A DNA stretch of 64,000 nt, taken from Nemertoderma westbladi. Lineage: Eukaryota > Animalia > Xenacoelomorpha. Shown one piece after another: positions 10,501-21,216 of the stretch. Position numbers and translations under genes: made by a program. The stretch spans positions 62,001-126,000 of the forward strand of contig JAUCBJ010007166.1 of the NCBI GenBank assembly GCA_032718475.1. The letters are read 5' to 3'. Every line of letters starts with the position of its first letter. Position 1 is the first letter of the stretch. A model generated the notes under the pieces. The model made no database searches. It was not told where the DNA came from and saw only the letters and a list, made by a program, of their open reading frames with translations.

Positions 10501-11831
10501 AGAAAACATCGGAAAATAAGGTAAGTGAGAAACCCTTTTTTAGGAAAAGGATAATACCAGTGTGTTATACTGACGACGGCGAAAGCCAAGCTTCTCAAGA
10601 AGAGGACAGCGGGAAAGACACAGCAAAATCTTACTATGACAACAAGACCTATAAAGACATAAGTAAATACAAGTCTCGAATCAGTGACAGGAGAGAACAG
10701 GTAACTACAACTCCTCCTACGTCTCCTAAGAGAATTCACGGAAGAAAGCCCGAAGAAAGAACGAGAGTGCATAACGTTACCCAAGGTAAGGTGAGTAACA
10801 TCAAACCAAAATGTGCGCTGTGCGACGGGCCCCACCGTTTGAGTGCGTGTGCTGAATTTCTAAAGAAATCCCCTGTAGACAGACGTACAGTCCTGTGGAG
10901 TAAGCGGTTATGCTATAATTGCCTCAGATCAGGACACCAACGGCGAACCTGTTACTCCGACGTAAAGTGTGCAAAGTGTGGCGCGAAACATCACATCTTG
11001 TTACACAGTGAGTTCGAACGAGACAACCCGAGTCAGGTAAGTGAGCCCGAACTACATGTCCAATTCAGTGATGTAAATGACACTGATCAAGAGTCTGAGA
11101 TGGAAGGATTCTATACTGACGAATTCTCCGACGCCAACGAATCCTGTTACCTAATAAATACCTCAGTGTATCGAGCACTTACTTATGAAAAGGACACCAA
11201 CAATGAGTTTCCCCCAACTACTTTTGCCAAACAACCATCTTGGAAAGCTCCAACTTCCAACGTAGGAATCAGAGAATTTCCTGTAGTGCAGGTAAGAGTT
11301 CATGGTCCTAACAAAAGTTACATAGTGAACGCCCTCCTTGACTCCGGCAGCACAGGAACATTCATCGATCAAGAACTAGCCGAAGATATTTTTGCTGGAC
11401 AACCCAAATTCCGGACTAAATTGAATATGTCAGGAATTATGCAGGTTTGGAAATCTACCCTAACGGCAGACTACTATGTAGGTGTGTTGTCCACCCCCCA
11501 GGATAAATTAGGAGCACAAGGTATAAGGTCGGTAAAAATGGTGGCTATAAAGAACTTCGCTGCTACCCAAGCAGACCTTTATAATTGGGACGAGGATGAG
11601 AGCATCCAACATCTTAAGATACCTCGATTCCAGACAGATTATCCTGGAGTGCAAATACTCATCGGCCAAAACGCGCATGAGGCGCTCGAGACATTGGAGA
11701 AACGGCCTGCTCAACCGCAGCCACTACAAACCTATGCGGTAAGAACTAGAGTAGGTTGGTACTTCACTGGCCCTTCCCGTAGAACTCTCAAAGAGAGATT
11801 ACCTCAACAACAGGTATACCAAGTAAAGTAA
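7581..11831 (+). CDS. BEL/Pao Gag-protease polyprotein (1416 aa)
   Basis: Ala/Glu-rich coiled-coil N-terminal half; DUF1759-like Gag (KFNGDEMKWLPF...LSNEEKLRFLIKCLEG...LNIRYG); three Cys/His knuckles (CALCDGPHRLSAC, CYNCLRSGHQRRTC, CAKCGAKHHILLH); aspartic protease ALLDSGSTGTFI...ILIG...TRVGW. Confidence 0.92.
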   Translation: MSDTQQNLSDSLIDTTICDTDRSVERLRKEFSSPPTERKVIPPVVISDPKLIQHRRSIIGTRAQVKRNQEAAGPQQQQPSQETCSQRSDSSSSSDTVELTPERGLQMTTKAYSDPLLTLPAAVLTTILIAVEEHQADWARNKRATQDDYAGYAREELMSIVESQWNFPGPGLPLDLSEATWEDIHRMGVAKDTMDPAVWKRSAAGYVQGFFGSLERLEEQLFRQPQGPQEQEELLYQVRERTLRIRLILSAFEETSKRRQDTSLQVAVKTWFQRVGLQVQETDQWKSQLSERLTHEEPTDATLSQVEGEETSEKPRTRDTIDIYLSDYQRFLGDEELRRRLSGLSPNSEGTQRVLDSIDAEMLAANQAEFDEKLRLTRVQEELVKKKRIEDRKAAAVTAAMAEVEAERKAAAVTAAAEAAAERVTAAAEAERKAAAAEAEAERKVTGAAAKAVAEAERRASEETAQLELENLQETQDNINKQLTASHMQMMRKSTPKRQGYTSSEESETTDPEGGGNRSRLSRRRKTSYRHKLPDLPPAVRRKLASTDLSSIEPTDQIIKVKRLPTIVDEPEIIRPVVPKVTPVLETPVLPELNSKFPLHSTTLPVPGRTVHENIPVLEAEREIKDLSPVVPRQPATMLATPASAVEWVEEGRRGMNLLLGQMQETVHQLKGTVRESRAELQEVQQSIALERDKLVNIQKGIPIPPVTLCQPVRSEVLHAQGVEPTRIYTASEVETPIANPIKGDYRPVINDIPYRPDNDPRNLYTDNSILNNTMAQESFTRQMARTEALQAVKVGEIVKFNGDEMKWLPFNEYYKDSIQNSVLSNEEKLRFLIKCLEGPPRLMALKFIGHPDGLRQVWDTLNIRYGNKDNIAKYLYAKLVAPRHFLSSGIIEFSDEIQEICRQLDWLGKSHEYQSSMVIGAVVSTLPKGGVCTRWDKKVLYMNEQQRRSPTMADLMSFLDGEVKLQLIKQSREKTSENKVSEKPFFRKRIIPVCYTDDGESQASQEEDSGKDTAKSYYDNKTYKDISKYKSRISDRREQVTTTPPTSPKRIHGRKPEERTRVHNVTQGKVSNIKPKCALCDGPHRLSACAEFLKKSPVDRRTVLWSKRLCYNCLRSGHQRRTCYSDVKCAKCGAKHHILLHSEFERDNPSQVSEPELHVQFSDVNDTDQESEMEGFYTDEFSDANESCYLINTSVYRALTYEKDTNNEFPPTTFAKQPSWKAPTSNVGIREFPVVQVRVHGPNKSYIVNALLDSGSTGTFIDQELAEDIFAGQPKFRTKLNMSGIMQVWKSTLTADYYVGVLSTPQDKLGAQGIRSVKMVAIKNFAATQADLYNWDEDESIQHLKIPRFQTDYPGVQILIGQNAHEALETLEKRPAQPQPLQTYAVRTRVGWYFTGPSRRTLKERLPQQQVYQVK

Positions 11832-12245
11832 TGGGAAGTGGAGAGCAGTGAGGTGGACGACCCAACTGAGGGAACACCATACTCCTCAGATAATGACGGT
11901 ATTAACTCCAATGTAGATCAATGGAGACATTGCCTTGGGACGATTAATCCAGCCGACATCGCTTCCAGAGGAGCAACTCCTCAAGAACTGATAGATACTC
12001 CAGGCTGGTTAGGTGGATCCGACTTCTTAAGTAAAGAAGAAGAAGAATGGCCTCCTCATCTTACCCCGGCGGAGATTAGACAGGCCAAGGGAGCGGAGAA
12101 AATAATACAACAACTCAATTGCCCAGCTGGTCGTTTATGTTTACTGGAAAGAGACCGAAAACTGTCCGGAAACTATGGAAGGCAAGATACTCTTCCTACG
12201 ACCACTTCCCTAATCCGACAAATATCTAGGGACTCCATAACGTAA
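11832..12245 (+). pseudogene. In-frame continuation after a TAA: remnant of the BEL RNase H / peptidase A17 C-terminus
   Basis: WRHC..TINPADIASRG..WLGGSDFL..WP motif. Same frame as the 7581 ORF; element 2 has GAA at the stop position. Confidence 0.8.
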
Positions 12246-13873
12246 TAACATATGGAGTGGGCGTGTGACTATATCATTTTATAGTTGTTTTTATTTTATA
12301 TTTATGTATGTATTATTATGTAATTTTATTATAATCGTTTTCTTTAATTTTATTTAGTAGAATGTTATTTTAGTGATTATTTAGTAGATTAGTGCAATAT
12401 ATTAGTGTTTATTACGTACGTAATTACTTATAATATATATTTAGTGCGACGGCGAGAAATAATTATTTTTCTCTTTCCTTACTGTCCGTATCATATTATA
12501 AATACGTGACTACAGTAAGATGAAATGTCCGTACTTATTAAAGTACAATAAAGCCACTACTATATTCAAGTATTATTGGTAGGCAGAGTATTAGGAATGC
12601 AAAGTTCAGATCCTCGTGTCTCGGCTAAGCCAAGCTCTGGGTAGACCTTGGAAACGACTTGCCTCTTCACACTGACATTGCTTCGTGCGATATTGCTCTT
12701 CTACCTTATATTAAATAATACATATAGTAGCGTGATGTCCCTCTAACAGTAGCGTAAAAACGCAAATAAATCTGTTAAACTTTTTGACCATCTGTAATTC
12801 TAGTCGATTAAGATATCGCGGCACCCACCGATATACTTGAAAGACAAATTCTAGAATCAATGGTTAACGTCCCCAGACAAGTTCTGGAATAAATCGGTGC
12901 CCATCTTAAATATTAATTAATATTTATTAAAATCTGTAAAATTCAGATCCGTTAACAATTCTAGTCGATTAAGATATCGTAGCACTTCCCGATACTCTTA
13001 AAAGACAAATTTCATAGAATTAAGGATCCTATGTCCCCAGACCTGCTCTGGAATCAAATTGTGTCAATTTTAACATCAAATAATAAAATTCACGGGAATA
13101 AATTTAAATTCATATTTTTAAATGAATTTCATAAATTGTCATTTTGTACAATTTATAACATTCCCAAAATTCCATTAATTAATAGATCATGGGAGCGGAG
13201 ATTCATCCTATTGAGTGCATTAGAGTGCGAGAATCTCCAACATATAGTCAATAGCCGATAAAATTAACAAAATCATGCATAAAGAGGATATTGACAATTA
13301 AAGAATTATTATTAAATAGCATCCCAGATCTGTATGCATGAGAATTACCCTAATTCTACCGCTAGCATTCCATAATGTCACCATAGCAACACCCACGCTA
13401 GAATTAGAAGCAAGTTAAAAGAACAATAGAAAGCTTGTCCCATTGCCTAGCATAGAGAACATAGCACACTGTTAGTATCCAAGGATACACAGTAATCAAC
13501 GTGACATTCTGGAAGGCACTGACTAACGGACAAATGGCCTGTGTGTGTGCAGTTATTGACAGTTGTGTGGAATTTGTGCGTTTATAGGTGAATGTTACTG
13601 CTAAAGTATGTTTACAGTAGCTAGTCGCAATTGTAAAAATAGCCCGACTCTCCTATAGAAAGAACCTAAGTGGATCCAAGCCTTTGGGACGGACAGTGGA
13701 GTGACTTGTGCCGGTTATCGTTGTCGTGCTGTTGCTACATGTTGGCGTAAACACCGCGACGACGGTACATCGGCGCTGAGAATCCCACTGTCCGGGGGCA
13801 AAGATAAATAGGCAGCGACGCCCGCTCGCTTAAATACAAACTTATTTGATATTAATAAACTCAGATAGCAGAT

Positions 13874-15323
13874 ATGACGGAGTTGATAGAAGATGATCTT
13901 GGTATTAGGGAGCGATATACTCTACCTTTGCAAGCATTTGTGGATAGCTTAATACGCGGTGAAGCCGATCCAACCATTACGGAGGACGATGGTCGTTATA
14001 TCGAACCGCCGATGTCCCAAGAGCAACTTGCGCGTGAATTGGACTATCGAAAATCCACCTCTCGCTATACGCATCGTAATAGTACGTATATGGACTTCCT
14101 AACTACCGGCCATCCTATCGATTTACATGATACGGACGATGTAGACACCGAAAGGGAAATGGTTCTATTTAAATATCATACCCAGCGGCGTCGTAACGAT
14201 AAACCGAGATTAGATCACGAAAATTCTATTCGTAACAGACTGGGAAGATGAACCAATATGCCTAGAATCTGAGGAGATTCAGCCTATCGCGCCCCGGACC
14301 AGCGACAACGATTACATCATAGAATGGTATCAAGGCCCACAGTGTCTCACTGCGTACGATTATCGCCATGCCAACTATGTTTCTAGGCAACGTTGTCGGT
14401 TATGCGCATCGAGAGACCACGATACGCCCATGGACACCAACGTCCGCTGTTCCTATTTCCAAGAACAACCGACTATGGAAATTTATTGCGCATATTGCAG
14501 ACTCAATAACCTGCATATCTTTGCGGTTTGCCCTCAATTTATGACTCAATGTCACCATTGTCAACTAAAGGGACATGCTAGTTTCGACTGCCCTTTTAAT
14601 CACGATTTGGAAAGCGTAGATGAAATGATCACACTGCGTTACATCAGAGCTTGGGAAGCGAACGCTGATTTACATTGTGATTCGCGCCATCGCTATTATC
14701 CCGGACGCGCTTACGAAGGAGTTTATGCGTTCCATCCTTATTTATTCGCTTCTGTTGAACAGGAATCACGCATATCGAGTTACGAGCTACTGAAGCGCGT
14801 CGGAGAATGTATTTCAACTAAATTCGTACGCAAATTTCTCAGGAGTGTTAATCCTAGCGACCTTCATTCCTATAACTTAATCAATTATATCCGTCAGGAT
14901 CCGGACTATGGAGACTTGTTTGTTAACTCACATCCCGAGTTGCAGGAAGTACATCGAAGGCCTTACGAATACCGAGCCCGCGAACGCGAGTTGGAAAGGA
15001 CCATTAAACCCCGGAAGTTTCTAACTGCCTATGGTCCACCCACGGCCCTCATTCAGACCACTCGAAAAGGACCCGTAAGAGCGGCTGTCTTGAAACGAGC
15101 TCTCAAAGCCGTTAGACCCCTCTCACCTGACGTTGATGTCAATCAACCCGGTACTTCGACTGGCGGATACACCGACCATAATCCTACACCCTCTGATGCA
15201 ATCATATTGCACCCTTCACCCAGGAGTTATAGCCCTCCTTGTAAAGTGGCTCGCCCCAAAGAGAAAAGGACTCTTGCTAGCTTTAAAAAACTGCGTAAAC
15301 GCTGTCCGCGCAAGAAAGACTAA
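13874..15323 (+). pseudogene. Accessory 3' ORF of element 1 (about 480 aa, CCHC-type knuckles), split by a frameshift near 14243
   Basis: The frame of ORF 14430-15323 is open back to 14244 (EDEPICLESEE...CRLCASRDH). It contains CAYCRLNNLHIFAVC and CHHCQLKGHASFDC and a basic C-terminus. Both ends are homologous to element 2 ORFs. Confidence 0.7.
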
Positions 15324-15401
15324 CTGTTTAGAGTATTTACGTATATTAGAAACTGTGATTTTGTATATTTTATAGACTCAAATCCCATTTTCTGGGAGCG
15401 G

Positions 15402-16676
15402 TGTAAAAGCTTCTGTGGGATATAACTGGCCCCTTTGCTTCGCAATCCAGTTTCCCCCCAGGCGCTGGAATACTCTAAAAAGGTTCTCTAACTGTATAAA
15501 TATTCCCCTCGCCCTCAAGGTACCGTTACAGGTGTTTTAACGGACATAAAAGTCATTTTGCTATATACGTGTTTTAGCGGACATGGTAAGACAAAAAACC
15601 TGCAATGCGGCAAATACCTTTCATAGCTTAGCCGTGATGATTCATATTACGACATCTAACAGCTGGTTGCTGACATGGAAACAGCCATTGGACGCATGGT
15701 TCTTTGTTTGGCTTGAGCCAATCAGAGCGATTTTTCCTGTCGACGTGTAGCTTTTCGGTCGATCATAAGGAGTGTGTTCAGTCTTACTGTTTTTTCTTGA
15801 TACTTTGTTGTTATTGCTGTCTAGGCCAGGAACAATGGCTCTAGAATCAATTCGTTTCATACTTTTAGAAGAAACATTGGTAGGCTAAAATTATAGAGCG
15901 TATGACTGTTATCTAATCAATTCAATGCAATTCTTAACAATTTCATTCACAATTCAATACTTTGTTGTTATTACTGTTCAACATACATTATTATACTGCT
16001 ATTTACTGTTGTGTTTGGTTGAATATTATTTGGAGAACATATATAAAGAACCCAAATTTCCCAATTTTCTTGATACACTACAGGTTAGAGAGACGGGTTA
16101 TATATAGCGATTGCGACTTATATTGTTGTGGTTTGTAGTGAATTTAATGCTATTTGATAAGCACTACATTGGTCCGTTGCTATTCCCTTTATATATTATA
16201 AAATTCATTGACGGTCGGCAAATTAGTGAGCAGTATTGTGTGTTACCAGTAGTGTGCATGATTGTGATTGATAACTAAGCATTTCCTAAAGAATGCGCCT
16301 CATACGTGAATCATAAGCCTTACCGACTTACCGTTGTGATTAGTATAAGTCATATCTCTGTTTACTTAGATAGAGCGCCACGTCCTAAAGGAACTGTTAA
16401 TATTTCCCGAAAGTAAATAATATTAGTCAGAAATTAATTATTAACGATCAATCGAATAATACAATACAGTAAGCTTCACTGCAATAATAATTTAAGCCGA
16501 CAGAATCCAGTCTCCCGGGATTATCCAGCGGGTGAATGGACGCGCACTAGGCTGGCTTCTGCTAATGTTGTGTTTATTGGTATTAAATATTTGTCTTCTT
16601 CTAAAGTATATTATAAACCAAAAGACATATAAATTTTGGCAGGTTAAACTGCTAAAGGTCTTCAAAAGCGCGTACA
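15402..16676 (+). repeat. 3' LTR of element 1
   Basis: Direct repeat of 4072-5346, preceded by a PPT-like TGGGAGCGG. Confidence 0.97.
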
Positions 16677-17439
16677 GTTACTAGGGCAGTAGGCAGGTAG
16701 GGGCATCACTTGCAATTTTACATTCGTAGGAAACCTTCTGTTTAATTACTGAAATACATTTGATTCTAGCTTGCTTGTAGGCTGGGAATGAAGAAAGTGT
16801 TTTTATATATATAAATTATAAATATAATATAGGCCTAACTATAATATATAATACAAACAGACAAATACAATAATACACAAATACCTATATATTATTCTAT
16901 AGTATGAACTATAAACGTTACATACCCCAAGAAGATGCATGCACAGTGGTATCTATACAGCTATATGATATATGTACTGCTTACTGTATGTACAGTATGT
17001 AGTTAGAGGCATATAATGATAGAAAGCACAACAACAAAGCCGTTGAAATTTCAGCTCACAGTGCAGTTTTCAGTTATATCAGTTATCATCAAACCATCTA
17101 AACTGTTATGAAATGTGCAATGTTTCCCTATCGGGAAATTTCTGATATCATTGTGAGAGAAATCCATGGTAAATTTCCGTATAGGGAAATATATGCATGT
17201 TTCCCTATAGGGAAACAGGCAAAGTTAATTTTCGCCTGTCTGTAAAACCGCCAGGGTAGTAGTTTGCTGCCTTGGGGCAGTACTGTAGTTATATTGAAGA
17301 TAGGGTAGAGGTGAATGACCTAGTATATCTCACTTAATGCGCTATGTCCTCAGTGAATGCGCCATAGCGATTATGCAAAAATTTCCCTATTGGGCTAATT
17401 TCCCAGACTGCAAAGGATGACAATTTGCGTTCCTGATGG

Positions 17440-17915
17440 CGATGTCTATCTCATAATTCCCTAACGTAATCAATTTTCCAATTATCCCAAATAAGTTGGC
17501 TGCTTTCTCTTGGTAACGTAAACGATTGATAATGATTGTTCTGGTCAACTCTAAATTTTCTGCACGTGCTGATAATGTTGGAAGAGCACATAGTCATGGC
17601 CCACAAGAAAGTGACTAGGAGTAAGTAGATTGTAGTTTTCATCATTGTTAGATGACAGGAAAGTCAATGGGCGACTGTTAACAGCAAGCAGCCTTGCAAG
17701 ATATTAACAGTTTCTGCATTTTGTCGTATTGCAGAGTGGCTCTACCCATCGCTTTGGGGAGGTTGGATTTGATTAGACCTACACATCTCTCAATAAAGCC
17801 ATAAGCCGATGGATATCTGGCAATATTAAACAGCCAAGTGACACTTAAGTCACCAAATTCACGTTTAACCAAATCGTGGATAAGAAACTTATTGTAAATG
17901 CGAAGTTGAGACAAT
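17440..17915 (-). pseudogene. Decayed BEL/Pao integrase C-terminus plus DUF5641-like remnant
   Basis: WLFNIARYPSAYGFIERCVGLIKSNLPKAMGRATL resembles the BEL integrase motif W.F...AP..GG..ER.V..VK..L....G. IWDNWKIDYVREL resembles the FW.RW..EYL..L motif. Confidence 0.65.
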
Positions 17916-18394
17916 GAAAGTTTAAATCAATTAACACATTTATTTATGATTCCTTGAATAACACTATTGTCTTGCATGATATATCAATAAAAATGGTGTT
18001 TTGAACTTAAATTTAGCAAAATAAGTAATCTAAAATAGCCAAGTTCATACTTGCATTAACAGAATTATAATAATTATTACCCACAAACCAAGGACAACTG
18101 AAGCGAGGACTGGCACATGGTAAATCCAGACTTCGCTAGCAAAGGCCATGATGTTTATGTCAGTATGTTACCGGTAACCAGTTGACTTGAACTGATTAAC
18201 ATACTCATCCTGGGGTAGGACCTAAAAAATTATTTAGAATCTATTTTTGGTAATAGTTTTTCAATTACATGTTGCTTTCATGTATTGTTTTCTATTTCCC
18301 CGGTAACTTGTAGGTCGAGATTTTGACTGGCCATTCATTTGGTTAGGGTAGTGGGAAACCATCCAATTGCACGTTTTTTGAATGTAATTATACC

Positions 18395-19596
18395 TGTTCG
18401 CGCTTTCAGACCTTTGGCAGTTTAACCCGCCAAATTAAGATGTCTTCTAGATATTAAATCGCTTTTTAGCCTATGACAAGTATTTGATTCACTACACTAG
18501 TCGAAACCAATCCGTGCGCGACCATTCACCCGCTGGATATTCCCGGGAGATTGGGTTCGACGGTTTAATTTTATTGCTATGTAAGCTTAATGTATTATTC
18601 GACTGACAGTATTATATAATCTCTGACAATATTATTTACCTTCGGGAATATTAACAGTTCCTTTAGGACGTGGCGCTTTATCTATATAAACAGAGTTATG
18701 ACTTAAACTACTCACAACGATATGGCTTAATTATAATTCACATATATGGCGCATTCTTTAGGAATTGCTTCTTTAACAGACTCGCTCATACGCAATGCTG
18801 CACAATACTGCACACTAATCTGCCAATCTTCACTGATTTTAGTCACATATAAAAGGAACACAGACTGACTCATGTAGGGTCTATCAAATAACATTAGATT
18901 CACTTCAAACCACTTTAACATAAGTCACAATCGTTATTGGTAACCTTTCTCTCTTACCTTCGGTATATCAAGAATATTGGGTGTCGGGGTTATTTCTCGT
19001 TATTCCAATATAATAATTCATCAACAAATATAATGAATAACCGACAACAAATAGCAGTATGCAGTATTCACAGATCAATCGTGCCAGTTTGTTTTGATAT
19101 TTACAGAGTTTAAAGCCAGGTTGTTTGATGCGTAATTGCAGCCAGTTAAAGGATATATGTCCTTGTAATTAAACCTACTAGTGTTGAGCTAAAAAGCATA
19201 AAACATAAAACACTACAAAGCCGTTCTTTCGTGGCTTTGAAAAACTCGTGACTACTGCTCTATACGAGGATACCAACTCCCTTATTCCACGAAGCTCCCG
19301 TTCAACACAGAGAAAGAGCAGTGAGATAGGAAATTTTCAGTTCAGTACTCTGTGATAGGTCAAAATCAAGGCTAACTCAAATTCTATTGGGAGATACAAA
19401 ACAAGGCTATGACGCAACCTCCCTAGGCTTGTTGGCCGATTAAACAGAGCCCAGATGCCTGCGTACAGCAAATCAGCCAATAAGCTGGTAACTTGCACTA
19501 TTTTTAGCTGTAGATCACTTTGAGAGTATTCTTAGCGACTGGGGGGGAACTGGCCAACAAGGCAAACGAATCAGTTATCCCACAAAAGCTTTTACA
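18395..19596 (-). repeat. 3' LTR of element 2
   Basis: Direct repeat of 29950-31151, adjacent to the PPT at 19597-19610. Confidence 0.97.
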
Positions 19597-19674
19597 CCGC
19601 TCCCAGAAAATGGGATTTAAGTCTATAAAATATACAAAAGCACAGTTTCTAAAATATAAAAATACTCTAAACAG

Positions 19675-21216
19675 TTAGTCTTTCTTGCGCGGACGGCGTT
19701 TACGCAGTTTCTTGAGGCTAGCAAGAGTCCTTTTCTCTTTGGGGAGAGCCACTTTACGAGGAGGGCTGTAGCTCCTAGGCGAAGGGTGCAATATGATTGC
19801 ATTAGAAGGTTTGGGTTTACGGTCGGTGTCTCGTCCATTTCGATATGCTTCTCCTCGAGCTGATTTTCCTCCGCTTGTCATGGGATACGTTCGTCCAAAA
19901 CTCTCGCAGAGAATAGGGTTTTCTAAGCTTGATATCTTCTTTGAGATTCGAGGTTTCCCAATCGAACTGAGATAAGGCCAATTCGTTTATCGATTGGACT
20001 TACTGTTATAACTTACGTTTATCTGAACAAACGCAGGTTTCTTTGTTGATCTTTATAGAATAGCGTTTAACTCGTTTCGTACAACGCTCTCCTTCACCTT
20101 GATGAAGGGTTGTATTGCGTTAAACGGGACGACCATACGGTTGGATAGTGATATTAGGTGTCTGCGTCATAATCCGGCTAGGTAAGATGGGCGGCTAGAT
20201 AGAAATCACTGTCGGAGTGTTACCGATTAATTGTTAGGGTAGCACTAGATCTTGAACAGTGAATACCGTCCGCGAGGATCCGCGACACCACCAGGATCGC
20301 AGGTCTGAGGTCCAACTAAGGAATGAGGAGGTTTGACCGAGTATTCCGGGACTCTGATCGTAGGTTTACTCTAGGATCGTTAGAGCCGAGTGAGCATAGG
20401 TGATACGTCAAACAAGTTTCGCTCGAAACTCCAGTAAATATAACGAACACAACTGTGTTTAACACAACGTTTCCGTGGATGTTTATGTCTTTCCGTTTAT
20501 TGGCTGGGTCTAGGGCATTTACCGTAATAATACCCAAAAACGTACGTTTTGTAGGGGAAACGCGAGTGATCTTTCTCCAGCTTACAATATTCCTCCATCC
20601 GTTCGAAGCTATTCGGTACAACAGGTAGCGGTCGATCGGCGGTAAGATACATCATAGGGGAATCGAGCCGTTTGAGTTCTACCATGCGGTCATGATGTAT
20701 ACCTTGAGGATATCGAGTTTCTAGATTTTGTTGACTGGCAATATTGAGATATGTTTCTATCAGGAATTCCAGATAATCGTTGAAGTCGCTGCGTTTATCC
20801 GGCTCCTCAACGTCTTCTCTTTCGAGTCTGTTTCGAATAGAATTCTCGTGTTCCATTCTCGGTTTATCGTTCCGCCTCCGCTGGGTAGGATATTTCAATC
20901 GTACCATTTCCCTTTTGGTGTCGACATTGTCCGTATCGTGTAGATCGATAGGATGACCAGTAGTTAAGAAGCCCATATACGTACCATTACGCTGCGTATA
21001 TCGAGCAGCGAATTTTCTATAGTCCAACTCACGCGTGAGCTGCTCTTGGGACATTGGCGGTTCGATATAACGACCATCGTCCTCCGCAGCAGTTGGACTA
21101 ACGTCGCCGCGTATTAAGCTATCAACAAACGCTTGTAAAGTAGAGTATATCGCTCCCCGATACCAAGACCATCTTCTATCAACTCCGTCATATCTGCTAT
21201 ATATGAGTTTATCCAT
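19675..21216 (-). pseudogene. Accessory 3' ORF of element 2 (interrupted)
   Basis: The N-terminus (LQAFVDSLIRG..EDDGRYIEPPMSQEQL) and C-terminus (AIILHPSPRSYSPP..KEKRTLAS.KKLRKR.PRKKD) match element 1. The middle differs and contains stops. Confidence 0.7.

Larger units (their letters stand above)
4072..16676 (+). mobile_element. LTR element 1: non-autonomous BEL/Pao-type retrotransposon (Gag-protease, no RT or integrase), full length with TSD
   Basis: 1275-bp LTRs (TG...CA) at 4072-5346 and 15402-16676, about six mismatches by eye. 5-bp TSD GTTAC at 4067-4071 and 16677-16681. Purine-rich GGGAGCGG precedes the 3' LTR. BEL-type Gag and protease are present. Confidence 0.95.

Noticed and set aside
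11829-11831. Programmed stop-codon readthrough after the protease
   Set aside because: Element 2 has GAA at this codon, so a copy-specific nonsense mutation is simpler.
13874-15323. env gene
   Set aside because: No signal peptide, furin site/fusion peptide pattern or transmembrane anchor.
15375-15401. Reverse-strand tRNA-Leu-like PBS next to the 3' LTR
   Set aside because: Only loose similarity, no TGG start, and the position and purine content fit a PPT in the Gag orientation.
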